DNA from: a virus
Taxonomy: Duplodnaviria; Heunggongvirae; Uroviricota; Caudoviricetes
Strand: one strand, 5' to 3'
DNA: 39,239 bases
Virus record (IMG/VR): IMGVR_UViG_2737471849_000004
Location: 1 to 39,239 of that record
The notes under the pieces: model-generated
What the model saw: the letters and a program-made list of their open reading frames with translations, nothing else
The model's database searches: none
Told to the model about the DNA's origin: nothing
In this document: positions 28,349 through 37,229 of the stretch, piece after piece
Numbering within the stretch: the stretch's first letter is position 1
How the letters are laid out: each line of letters begins with the position of its first letter
Translations under genes and position numbers: made by a program

Positions 28349-29196
28349 TGGCGGATTCGAATCTCAATGTGCCGGTAATCATTCAGGCTACACGGCTAGA
28401 CACATCAGTCCTTCCACGCAATATCTTCTCGCAGTCGTATCTGCTTTACGTTATCGCACAGGGCACTGATGTTGGTAACGTGGCTAACAAAGCCAACGAG
28501 GCCGGACAGGGCGCTTATGATGCACAGGTCAGGAACGATGAGCAGGATGTGATTCTCGCTGACCATGAGCAGCGAATTTCTGCTGCGGAAGCAACGCTTG
28601 TTAATCATGAGGAGCGAATCAGCCAGGCAGAATCAACTCTTCAGGACCATGAAACACGAATAGCTCAGAATGAAAGCGATATTTCGTCGCTTGACACAAG
28701 AGTTCAGTCGCTGGAATCGCAGGTTTCAGACCATGAAACGCGCATCGATGCTCTGGAGTATGCCACTACTCGCAAGAAGTCAGAGGTTGTTTACTCTGGC
28801 GTATCTGTAACCATACCGACAGCGCCGACCAACCTTGTTAGCCTGCTGAAAACGCTCACGCCGTCATCCGGCTCGTTGGCACCATTCTTCGACACAGTTA
28901 ACAACAAGATGGTTGTGTTCAACGAGAACAAAACCTTGTTCTTCAAGCTGTCGATCGTCGGGACGTGGCCCAGCGGAACCGCCAACAGGTCAATGCAGCT
29001 AACCTTTTCCGGCTCTGTTCCTGACACACTGGTAAGCAGTCGCAACTCGGCGACAACAACCGATAACATCTTGTTAGCTACGTTCTTCAGCGTGGATAAA
29101 GACGGCTTTCTTGCCACAAATGGCAGCACGTTAACCATTCAGTCAAATGGTGCGGCGTTTACTGCCACAACCATCAAGATAATCGCGGAGCAGTAA
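28348..29196 (+). CDS. Tail needle (P22 gp26-like) with extended C-terminal knob
   Basis: N-terminus [43 protein letters not shown] and heptad-repeat coiled coil resemble gp26; 282 aa with a beta-rich C-terminal domain. Confidence 0.75.
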   Translation: MADSNLNVPVIIQATRLDTSVLPRNIFSQSYLLYVIAQGTDVGNVANKANEAGQGAYDAQVRNDEQDVILADHEQRISAAEATLVNHEERISQAESTLQDHETRIAQNESDISSLDTRVQSLESQVSDHETRIDALEYATTRKKSEVVYSGVSVTIPTAPTNLVSLLKTLTPSSGSLAPFFDTVNNKMVVFNENKTLFFKLSIVGTWPSGTANRSMQLTFSGSVPDTLVSSRNSATTTDNILLATFFSVDKDGFLATNGSTLTIQSNGAAFTATTIKIIAEQ

Positions 29197-29651
29197 TGAT
29201 TCAGTTCAAACCAACGCGAAACATCGACCTGATCGAAGCAGTCGGAAATCACCCTGACATTATTGCCGGGAGCAACAACGGTGATGGATACGACTATAAA
29301 CATGATTGCCGTTACTTTGAGGTGAACGTGCACGGGCAGTTCGGCGGCATTGTTTACTATCAGGAGATTCAGCCGCTGACATTCGATTGCCACGCCATGT
29401 ACCTGCCAGAGATTCGCGGCTTCAGCAAGGAAATTGGGCTGGCGTTCTGGCGATACATTCTGACTAACACCACCGTTCAGTGCGTCACATCGTTCGCCGC
29501 ACTCAAATTCCGCCACGGTCAGATGTACTGCGCAATGATTGGCCTTAAGCGTGTAGGAACTATCAAGAAATACTTCAAAGGCGTGGATGACGTGACTTTT
29601 TACAGCGCCACACGCGAAGAACTAATCGACTTCCTGAATCACGGGAGATAG
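29196..29651 (+). CDS. Virion protein (P22 gp14-like)
   Basis: 151 aa at the gp14 position between needle and ejection-protein genes. Confidence 0.55.
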   Translation: MIQFKPTRNIDLIEAVGNHPDIIAGSNNGDGYDYKHDCRYFEVNVHGQFGGIVYYQEIQPLTFDCHAMYLPEIRGFSKEIGLAFWRYILTNTTVQCVTSFAALKFRHGQMYCAMIGLKRVGTIKKYFKGVDDVTFYSATREELIDFLNHGR

Positions 29652-29653
29652 CC

Positions 29654-30346
29654 ATGTTATATGCATTTAAGCTGGGCAGAAAACTGCGCGGCGAGGAACC
29701 TTATTACCCTGAAAAAGGCGGGAAAGGTGGCAGTTCTGATAAAAGCGCAAAGTATGCAGCAGAAGCTCAGAAGTATGCCGCAGACCTGCAAAATCAGCAG
29801 TGGCAGACGATCATGAAAAACCTTGCTCCGTTCACGCCGCTTGCGGAGCAGTATGTTAACCAGCTTCAGAATCTTTCCAGTTTAGAAGGACAGGGGCAGG
29901 CACTTAATCAGTATTACAACTCTCAGCAGTATAAAGACCTTGCAGGTCAGGCGCGTTACCAGAGTCTTGCTGCTGCGGAGGCGACGGGTGGACTTGGTTC
30001 GACAGCCACAAGCAATCAACTGGCTACGATCGCGCCGACACTCGGTCAGTCTTGGTTATCAAACCAGATGAGCAATTACAACAATCTGGCAAACGTTGGG
30101 CTTGGTGCGCTGCAAGGTCAGGCAAACGCCGGGCAGACGTACGCCAACAACATGAGCAGCATTGCACAGCAAAGCGCAGCACTTGCCGCTGCTAATGCCA
30201 ATAAACCATCAAGTCTTCAGACTGCAATTAGCGGTGGCACGTCTGGTGCGATTGCCGGTGCAGGTCTTGCCAGCCTTTTGGGAACATCAACGCCTTGGGG
30301 CGCTGGCATTGGTGCTGGTATCGGATTGCTTGGCTCGTTGTTTTAA
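29654..30346 (+). CDS. Ejection protein (P22 gp7-like)
   Basis: 230 aa; Q/A/G-rich with C-terminal glycine-rich hydrophobic tail; canonical position. Confidence 0.65.
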   Translation: MLYAFKLGRKLRGEEPYYPEKGGKGGSSDKSAKYAAEAQKYAADLQNQQWQTIMKNLAPFTPLAEQYVNQLQNLSSLEGQGQALNQYYNSQQYKDLAGQARYQSLAAAEATGGLGSTATSNQLATIAPTLGQSWLSNQMSNYNNLANVGLGALQGQANAGQTYANNMSSIAQQSAALAAANANKPSSLQTAISGGTSGAIAGAGLASLLGTSTPWGAGIGAGIGLLGSLF

Positions 30347-30355
30347 GGGGTAATC

Positions 30356-31813
30356 ATGGCTACTTGGCAAGGAACAAACGGCGGATTGTTGGCTGGTATC
30401 GGCGGCGTCAACTCAAACGCTCCGAGCGTAAATGACATCGGCAATACGCTTCAGATTATCAGGCAGAACAATGATATTGAGCGTTCAGGCGCTAACAATG
30501 TTGGGCTGACTGCTTTGCAAGGCCTTTCAGGTATTGCTGGGGTGTTTCAGCAGGAAAAGCAGGCTCAGCGGCAGAAAGAATTTCAGCAGGCATACGCTAA
30601 TGCTTATGCGTCTGGTGATCGCGGTGCTTTGCGTCAGTTGGCTACTCAATATCCAGACCAGATTGAATCCGTTCGTAAAGGCATGGGATTCATTGATGAA
30701 GAGCAGCGTAATTCTATCGGCACCTTAGCGGCTGGCGCACGCCTTGCGTCATCGTCTCCAGAAGCAATGCAATCATGGCTGCAAAACAACGCCAAGGAAC
30801 TGACTCGCGTCGGTGTTGACCCTAACAGCGTTGCTCAGATGTATCAGCAGAATCCTTCAGGATTTGGTGAGTTTGTTGATCACCTTGGAATGGCCGCGCT
30901 TGGTCCGATTGATTACTTCAATGTTCAGGACAAGATGGCTGGTCGTGAAATTGACCGAGGCGGGCTGGCAGAGACAATCCGCAGCAATCAGGCCAGCGAA
31001 GCACTTCAGGCGAGAGGGCAGGATATTAGCCGAGCAAATGCGTTAACGTCAGCATATGCACCAACAGCAGCAATGCAGAATTACAATCAGTACGCGCAAA
31101 TGTTAAAGGTGGATCCAGAGGGGGCGGCGGCATTTGCGGCAGCGGCTGGAATTAATACAAACGCCAAAAAATTAATGAGTGTTAGAGAAAACGATGATGG
31201 CACTGTCACAAAATACTACACAGACGGAAGTGAAGAGCAGGGAAAACTAAACCAGCCAATATCTGGAGATGGGTTTCGTCCAATAGCTTTGCCAACAGCC
31301 CAAAAGATCATGGAAAAGTCGCCAGAAGGGGCTAAAAAAGCTGCTGGATTTGCATACAGGGTTAGGGATGCTCTTGATTCAATGGATACACTGAAAGACC
31401 AGCTTAGCCCACAGCGAGTGGCGGTCATTAATAATGCTTTGGGTAATGGGACGCTGGCTAACTTAACGCTCAGCCCAACAGAGCAGCAATACGTTGTTAA
31501 TGCTAATGACGCAATAATGGCAATACTCCGTCAGGAAACAGGGGCAGCTATCGTACCTGCTGAAATGTCAAAATATTATCAAATGTATTTCCCTCAGCCT
31601 GGCGACTCCACAAAAACCATTGATACCAAGCGCCGGAAGATGGAAAACCAGTTCAATTCGCTGAAAGCTGCTTCTGGTCGAGCTTATGATGCTTTGCGGG
31701 TTATTTCAGCAGTTGACAGAGGAACTTCTTCTTCGTCGCAGACATTGCCGCAATCTGAGCAGGTATCACAGCCAGCAGCCAGCAGTAACTTTTCTTCACT
31801 ATGGGGTGATTAA
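30356..31813 (+). CDS. Ejection protein (P22 gp20-like)
   Basis: 485 aa at the gp20 position. Confidence 0.65.
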   Translation: MATWQGTNGGLLAGIGGVNSNAPSVNDIGNTLQIIRQNNDIERSGANNVGLTALQGLSGIAGVFQQEKQAQRQKEFQQAYANAYASGDRGALRQLATQYPDQIESVRKGMGFIDEEQRNSIGTLAAGARLASSSPEAMQSWLQNNAKELTRVGVDPNSVAQMYQQNPSGFGEFVDHLGMAALGPIDYFNVQDKMAGREIDRGGLAETIRSNQASEALQARGQDISRANALTSAYAPTAAMQNYNQYAQMLKVDPEGAAAFAAAAGINTNAKKLMSVRENDDGTVTKYYTDGSEEQGKLNQPISGDGFRPIALPTAQKIMEKSPEGAKKAAGFAYRVRDALDSMDTLKDQLSPQRVAVINNALGNGTLANLTLSPTEQQYVVNANDAIMAILRQETGAAIVPAEMSKYYQMYFPQPGDSTKTIDTKRRKMENQFNSLKAASGRAYDALRVISAVDRGTSSSSQTLPQSEQVSQPAASSNFSSLWGD

Positions 31814-33996
31814 TGGCTAAAGCATGGAAAGATGTTATCGCCTCTCCACAGTATCAGGCGTTAGCACCAGAACAAAAAGCGCAGGCTCAGGAGCAATACT
31901 TCAATGAAGTCGTTGCCCCGCAAGCCGGAGAAAATGCAGAGCAGGCAAAACAAGCGTTTTACTCTGCTTACCCTAGAGGTCTGCTAGAGAAGGGTAATAT
32001 TGACATTCACAATCGGCCTGTTGTTAAAAACTCTGATGGCAGCATTAGCACTGTGCGGAGCATGTCTACCAATATAGATGGTAGAGAGGTGCTGATTCCT
32101 ACCGTTAGTGATGATGGTCGCATTATGTCTGATGATGAAGCTATTGATAACTTCATGAGGACGGGAAAGCATCTTGGTATGTTCGACAATCCTGACGATG
32201 CCACTGCATATGCGGAGAGTCTGCACAACCAGCAAGCTGATGAATACCTCCCTAGGAAGAATCAAGCTACACAACAGCCTGTACAGCAAAGTACACAGGC
32301 AGCGCCACAGCAGCAAGGAGGTTTCATTTCCGACCTTGGCAATGCCGCGGCTGAAACTGGTCGCGGACTGGTGCAGGCTGGTCGTGGTCTGGTAAACATA
32401 CCATTTGACGTATTGCAGGGTGGTGCAAGTCTGATTAATGCAATCAGTCAGGGGCTTGGTGGGCCAAAAGTATTGGATGATGTCTATCGTCCTGTCGATC
32501 GACCGACAGACCCTTACGCGCAAGCCGGTGAAACAATTGGTGGGTATTTAGTTCCAGGAGTTGGAACGGCAGGAAGCATGGCTATTGGATCGCTGGCAGA
32601 GGCCGCAAATCAGAAAGGCGATTTCGCACAAAATGCAGCTAAAAATGCCGGAGTTAACCTTGCCGCTCAGGGTGTTCTTTCCGCAGCTGCAAAGGGAATA
32701 GGGCGTGGAATAACGGCTATAAAAGGTGATATTGCGCCAGAAGTGGCGAAGAAAATTGCCACATCAGAATCGATGGGCGTGACACCAATGACATCTGATG
32801 TTATCCCGCCGAAAAATGCTTTCACTCGCGGCCTTACTCAGGATGCCGAGGGGGCTTTGCTCGGGACGGGTTCAAAGCGAGCAGAGCAATATGCAACGCG
32901 GAGTAAGCTGGTAAGCAATTATTTTGACCGTTTTGGTGAGTACAACCCTGATGATGTGGTGAAATCTCTGACCACCACGTTAAGGGGGCGGAAGGATGCC
33001 GCTGGCGCTGTTATCAATGACGTCACCAATAAAATGGGTAATGCCGCAGTTGATACCACAAATACCATGAATGCTCTGAATACAGCGATCGCAAGACAGG
33101 AACGGCTTGGGACGTCTGCCAATCAAAGCCTGCTTACATCCTTGCGTAACCTACGTGAAGAATTAGCAAACCCTGCAACTGATTTGGATGTTACGTTTGA
33201 TCTCTTGCGTCAGCACAGAACAGCATTTAGATCTAATGTTCAGGGAGATGCTATGGTCTTCCCCAACCAGGCAAAAGCAGCTACCAATATGGTAGAGAAT
33301 GCAATGTCAAAAGACCTTCGTAACGCAGTTGCTAAAAACCTCGGTGCATCAGACGCAGCAAAATACCTTAAAGCAAATTCCGATTATGCAAACGTTTATA
33401 ATAAGGTGCTTAATAAAAACATTGCCAACAAGCTCAACAAGGCAAGCAGTGAAGCCAGTCCTGAACTTATAAATACCGTTGTATTAAGCAGAAAACCATC
33501 TGACGTGAAACGAATCTGGAGCGCACTGGATGATAAGGGGAAAGATGCTATGCGTGCAGCTTACGTCAGCAAAATAGCGGAAAAGGCCGGGGACTCTCCA
33601 GCCAAGTTCATCACTGAAGTTAATAAGCTGAAATCTCAGTCAGGCGGTGAAATTTACAACACTATTTTTTCTGGAAAGCACATGAAAGAGCTTGATGCTC
33701 TTCATGAAGTTCTACAGCAAACAGCAAGGTCAGACACCGCAAATGTAGTAACTCAGACGGGGCAATCGCAAGCCAACAGGATAAGGACGATTGGCGCAAC
33801 TGCGACCCTTGGCGTATCAATGGGGCTTGAGGCTGGTTTTGGTGCAATGATGCGCTTGTATGAGTCCAAAGCAGCAAGGAATATGCTTCTTCGTTTGGCA
33901 AACACCAAAGCAGGAACACCAGCCTATGAAAGAGCGATAAATAACGCTGCGAATGCCATCAGACCGCTGTTTGCTACTGAGGCAACACAGCAGTAA
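31813..33996 (+). CDS. Ejection protein (P22 gp16-like), extended
   Basis: 727 aa at the gp16 position; long Ala/Gly-rich central region. Confidence 0.65.
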   Translation: MAKAWKDVIASPQYQALAPEQKAQAQEQYFNEVVAPQAGENAEQAKQAFYSAYPRGLLEKGNIDIHNRPVVKNSDGSISTVRSMSTNIDGREVLIPTVSDDGRIMSDDEAIDNFMRTGKHLGMFDNPDDATAYAESLHNQQADEYLPRKNQATQQPVQQSTQAAPQQQGGFISDLGNAAAETGRGLVQAGRGLVNIPFDVLQGGASLINAISQGLGGPKVLDDVYRPVDRPTDPYAQAGETIGGYLVPGVGTAGSMAIGSLAEAANQKGDFAQNAAKNAGVNLAAQGVLSAAAKGIGRGITAIKGDIAPEVAKKIATSESMGVTPMTSDVIPPKNAFTRGLTQDAEGALLGTGSKRAEQYATRSKLVSNYFDRFGEYNPDDVVKSLTTTLRGRKDAAGAVINDVTNKMGNAAVDTTNTMNALNTAIARQERLGTSANQSLLTSLRNLREELANPATDLDVTFDLLRQHRTAFRSNVQGDAMVFPNQAKAATNMVENAMSKDLRNAVAKNLGASDAAKYLKANSDYANVYNKVLNKNIANKLNKASSEASPELINTVVLSRKPSDVKRIWSALDDKGKDAMRAAYVSKIAEKAGDSPAKFITEVNKLKSQSGGEIYNTIFSGKHMKELDALHEVLQQTARSDTANVVTQTGQSQANRIRTIGATATLGVSMGLEAGFGAMMRLYESKAARNMLLRLANTKAGTPAYERAINNAANAIRPLFATEATQQ

Positions 33997-34020
33997 CGTA
34001 TGGGAAATTGGATTCAATCG

Positions 34021-34410
34021 CTAACATTTTCTTTTTACTTTTCCAACAAAAGCTTTGGTTGAATCCATATTTCCATAACCGGAAATGGTTTTTGACATTA
34101 AAACTGTTCCAGTAGGATGTATTACCCATGAGTCGATAACGCGTTGAGTTTCGCCATTCGCGCCGATTCCTATGATGGAGTTTTTAGACAATGCTTTGTA
34201 AGCCATGCCGCCCGCATCTGTCCCAGAATATGTGATGCTGGCATCTTCACCGTTTGTCTTAATGATGAATGTTCCACTAAAACCATCTTCTTCCGGATGG
34301 AAATTATTTCGTTCTGAATAGCTTATTCCGCGCATATCTCCAACGACCCAGCACTCTGCTGTAGCCCCAAAAGATATGAATAAGAACATAGCAGTAAGAA
34401 ATTGCTTCAC
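34021..34410 (-). CDS. Secreted (periplasmic) protein of unknown function, accessory
   Basis: GTG start 6 nt after AAGGAGG; signal peptide MKQFLTAMFLFISFGATA then about 110-aa beta-rich domain with Cys near both ends. Confidence 0.6.
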   Translation of the reverse strand: MKQFLTAMFLFISFGATAECWVVGDMRGISYSERNNFHPEEDGFSGTFIIKTNGEDASITYSGTDAGGMAYKALSKNSIIGIGANGETQRVIDSWVIHPTGTVLMSKTISGYGNMDSTKAFVGKVKRKC

Positions 34411-34440
34411 ACCAACCTCCTTAGTTTTTCGCAGGATACC

Positions 34441-34806
34441 ATGAAAAAAGTTAACATTGGAAACGTACCAAAGATGCTCGTTCCGCTCTTTGAGAGCGGT
34501 ACAATTGTGTTTTGTAGAGACTTTCCAGAATGGCAACGCCTGCATCAAAAACTTGGCGTTGACGTGCATGACTCGGACGCCAACGGAGCGTCTCATACAA
34601 TGAGTAGCGAGAATGGTGTTTTGCATGTGATAGGCGTGTTCAATGGCAAACTATCTACTATTGCCCATGAGTGCGCTCACATGGCATTCGATATCTGCTC
34701 AAGGGTAGGTGTTGATGTTGAACCAGGAAGAGCCAACGAGACTTACTGCTACTTAATGAGCAGGCTTGTTGAGTTCTGCGAGCGACATATCAAAAAGCCG
34801 GAGTGA
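34441..34806 (+). CDS. HExxH-motif small protein (putative zinc-dependent metallopeptidase-like), accessory
   Basis: About 121 aa from MKKVNIGNVPK...; contains TIAHECAHMAFD plus several Cys; divergent from the secreted-protein gene 30 bp away. Confidence 0.5.
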   Translation: MKKVNIGNVPKMLVPLFESGTIVFCRDFPEWQRLHQKLGVDVHDSDANGASHTMSSENGVLHVIGVFNGKLSTIAHECAHMAFDICSRVGVDVEPGRANETYCYLMSRLVEFCERHIKKPE

Positions 34807-34812
34807 CCCGGC
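34790..34812. terminator. Bidirectional intrinsic terminator
   Basis: Hairpin gccgg-agtgac-ccggc flanked by an A-run upstream and T-rich sequence downstream. Confidence 0.55.
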
Positions 34813-34819
34813 TTGATTA

Positions 34820-34999
34820 TTACTTTTTGCTGTCTGGAGTTCGCTTATCCAATACCCAGCCATGACCTGGCTTTGTTGTTGGCGGAAGCCTTTCGTTGTC
34901 CTTGACGGTGGCAAAATTATCTTTCTTACCTCCGCGCGGGCCAACTTCTTGGTATATTCCGCCGTTTTTTCCTGTGTTTTCACCTGGTTTTTTCGCCAT
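34820..34999 (-). CDS. Small hydrophilic Gly/Lys-rich protein (YjzC-like by recollection), moron
   Basis: 59 aa MAKKPGENTGKNGGIYQEVGPRGGKKDNFATVKDNERLPPTTKPGHGWVL...; GAGG upstream; bracketed by its own putative promoter and terminator. Confidence 0.5.
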   Translation of the reverse strand: MAKKPGENTGKNGGIYQEVGPRGGKKDNFATVKDNERLPPTTKPGHGWVLDKRTPDSKK

Positions 35000-35080
35000 G
35001 ATATACCTCAACATACACCCGTTATTGGGCGATTAAATATTGATCTCATTTTATAAGTAGTCAATATGGCCCAGGTAAAT

Positions 35081-35108
35081 GCAAAAATTAACCAGCCATC
35101 AGGCTGGT
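35081..35108 (-). terminator. Intrinsic terminator after the small membrane-protein gene
   Basis: Minus-strand hairpin ccagcc-tgat-ggctgg followed by ttaatttttgc. Confidence 0.5.
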
Positions 35109-35109
35109 A

Positions 35110-35292
35110 TTAGTCACATTCTATTTCTTTTGTCGAGGTCCATACATAAGGATCTGAGCAAACAACCTCTCCATTTATCATGACGTCATAGCCCATTAGA
35201 TATGAGTTACCACCAACAATCTGAGCGGCTATGACGCTAATGCTGGCGGCGCAGGCTGCACCAAAAACGAAACCAATTAATATATTTTTCAT
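35110..35292 (-). CDS. Small membrane/secreted protein with C-terminal Cys pair (toxin-like architecture), moron
   Basis: 60 aa; hydrophobic segment [25 protein letters not shown] then [27 protein letters not shown]; own terminator. Confidence 0.45.
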   Translation of the reverse strand: MKNILIGFVFGAACAASISVIAAQIVGGNSYLMGYDVMINGEVVCSDPYVWTSTKEIECD

Positions 35293-35483
35293 TTTAATTC
35301 CAAATAGTTATAGGATGAAAGTTATGACCATAGAAGAACGTCTGAACAACATTGAGTTGAACCAAACCCTGCTTGACCAGCGACTTTCAGATCTTGAGCT
35401 TAAAGATCTAGATGCGCAAATATCAGAAGCAGAAGCCAAGCTCTCCAGCCTAAACCACCGCAAGAAGCAAATCCGCAACAGAA

Positions 35484-35693
35484 TTACTCAGGGACGCGGA
35501 AGCTGTTGAGGTGGGATGCTAGGTCTCTATCGTTAAAATCAAGGCTGCTAATCATTTCATTGTAAATAGCGTTTTTATCTTCCATTGGCAGTCTTGAGTA
35601 AACCAGACACAGAGCATATTTCAGGGAGTTTAGCTCTTTCTCTAGCTCTTCCTTGCTTGATGTTTTTGACTTAATAAACTGTTTTTTATTCAT
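35484..35693 (-). CDS. Hypothetical protein translationally coupled to mnt (69 aa)
   Basis: ATG overlaps the mnt stop (ATGA); charged, helical composition. Confidence 0.45.
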   Translation of the reverse strand: MNKKQFIKSKTSSKEELEKELNSLKYALCLVYSRLPMEDKNAIYNEMISSLDFNDRDLASHLNSFRVPE

Positions 35694-35926
35694 TTTGCAT
35701 CCTTACCATACATGGTTTTCAGTGTTTCAATCAGCGCATCCCTGAATTTGTCAGCCTCTTTCTGAGCAAATTCATTGCTATTAAGCGATCTACCACAAAT
35801 AGCATCTTCGATAATCTGTATTATTTCAGCATTCATGGAACGCTTGTTATGTTGTGCCCTGGCTTTAACCTTTGCCTTTAACTCTTTGGAAATCCTGATA
35901 TTTATTTGCGGCTCTTCGCGTGACAT
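35690..35926 (-). CDS. mnt: Mnt-like ribbon-helix-helix repressor
   Basis: 78 aa; PQINIRISKELKAKVKARAQHNKRSMNAEIIQIIEDAI fits the Arc/Mnt RHH fold; divergent from arc-ant. Confidence 0.7.
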   Translation of the reverse strand: MSREEPQINIRISKELKAKVKARAQHNKRSMNAEIIQIIEDAICGRSLNSNEFAQKEADKFRDALIETLKTMYGKDAK

Positions 35927-36014
35927 ACCACCTCCATAGCATTTTGGTGATATTACTATTGCATCACTGCGACCACAATGGCATAACGGTTATACCAAAT
36001 TGATTGGAGGTAAT

Positions 36015-36188
36015 ATGATAGTCAAGTCAGACGCACCAAAGTACCCTTTGCGCATCCCATTAGAGGTTAAGTTAGCAATCGAGAAGTCAGCGAAAGAAAA
36101 TGGTCGCTCAATAAATACCGAGATGGTAATGCGGTTAGTGGATAGTTTAAGGCGGGATAGTTCTAAAGGTAATCTAGCAAAAAGTTGA
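36015..36188 (+). CDS. arc: Arc-like ribbon-helix-helix repressor
   Basis: 57 aa from the ATG after GGAGG; [35 protein letters not shown] resembles P22 Arc. Confidence 0.7.
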   Translation: MIVKSDAPKYPLRIPLEVKLAIEKSAKENGRSINTEMVMRLVDSLRRDSSKGNLAKS

Positions 36189-36250
36189 AGCCCCAACTGC
36201 GGGAACAGTCAGGGCTTCGGTATCAACAAATCGGATTAGGAAATATTGAC

Positions 36251-37129
36251 ATGAAAAGTATAGCAAAGGCACAAAACGATTTCACCATCTTCAAATTCGG
36301 CGACAGTGAAATCCGCGTCATCAACAAATGCGGTGAGCCGTGGTTTGTAGCAAAAGATGTTTGTGATGCTTTAACCCTGACTAACTCACGCAAGGCGCTT
36401 ACTGCACTTGATGACGATGAAAAGGGCGTAACTTTAAGTTACACCCTTGGTGGTGAGCAGAATCTAAGCATTGTTAGCGAATCAGGTATGTATACATTGG
36501 TTCTGCGCTGCCGCGATGCTGTCAATAAAGGTTCGGTCCCGCACAAATTCCGCAAGTGGGTAACAGCAGAAGTTCTACCTTCAATTCGCAAACATGGCGA
36601 GTATGTGAAAGGCAAGAAAACCACTGTTGAGGAAAGAACACCGCTACGCGATGCAGTAAACATGCTGGTAGGAAAGAAAGGACTTCGCTATGACGATGCA
36701 TACAATATGGTTCATCAGCGTTTTGGTATTGACAGCATTGATGAACTTTCAATTGAACAAATCCCGCAAGCAGTAGAGTACATCCACAGGGTAGTGCTTG
36801 AAGGCGAGTTAATCGGCAAACAAGAGAAGAAAGCAAACGAGCTTTCTGCAAAAGAAGCAAACAGCCTTGTATGGTTATGGGATTATGCCAACCGCTCACA
36901 GGCATTATTCCGCGAACTGTATCCGGCATTAAAACAAATTCAATCGAACTATTCCGGCAGATGCTACGACTACGGTCATGAATTCTCGTATGTTATCGGA
37001 ATGGCGAGAGACGTTTTAATCAATCACACACGAGATGTTGATATCAATGAGCCAGACGGACCAACGAATCTTTCCGCATGGATGAGACTTAAGAATAAAG
37101 AATTACCTCCTTCAGTACATAACTACTGA
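36251..37129 (+). CDS. ant: Antirepressor Ant (Bro-N domain)
   Basis: About 292 aa; N-terminal [28 protein letters not shown] is a Bro-N signature; downstream of arc. Confidence 0.8.
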   Translation: MKSIAKAQNDFTIFKFGDSEIRVINKCGEPWFVAKDVCDALTLTNSRKALTALDDDEKGVTLSYTLGGEQNLSIVSESGMYTLVLRCRDAVNKGSVPHKFRKWVTAEVLPSIRKHGEYVKGKKTTVEERTPLRDAVNMLVGKKGLRYDDAYNMVHQRFGIDSIDELSIEQIPQAVEYIHRVVLEGELIGKQEKKANELSAKEANSLVWLWDYANRSQALFRELYPALKQIQSNYSGRCYDYGHEFSYVIGMARDVLINHTRDVDINEPDGPTNLSAWMRLKNKELPPSVHNY

Positions 37130-37148
37130 CAGATAACCAACGCAACGA

Positions 37149-37171
37149 CCCAGCTTCGGCTGGGTTTTTTT
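37149..37171 (+). terminator. Intrinsic terminator after ant
   Basis: Hairpin cccagc-ttcg-gctggg followed by ttttttt. Confidence 0.8.
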
Positions 37172-37229
37172 ATGCCCAAAATTCACCGTAGCCATGCTGC
37201 GGCGATTCCTTGTATCTGGAGCAAATTAA

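Noticed and set aside
34753-34983. 76-aa minus-strand ORF overlapping the 59-aa small-protein gene
   Set aside because: It crosses the bidirectional terminator and the 3' end of the HExxH gene; the 59-aa frame has the RBS and clean terminator bracketing, though which frame is translated is unverified.
35316-35509. Plus-strand ORF (about 61 aa, coiled-coil-like) convergent on the mnt-coupled gene
   Set aside because: It starts about 22 bp from the divergent membrane-peptide gene and overlaps the 3' end of the mnt-coupled ORF; more likely an antisense or regulatory transcript than a protein.
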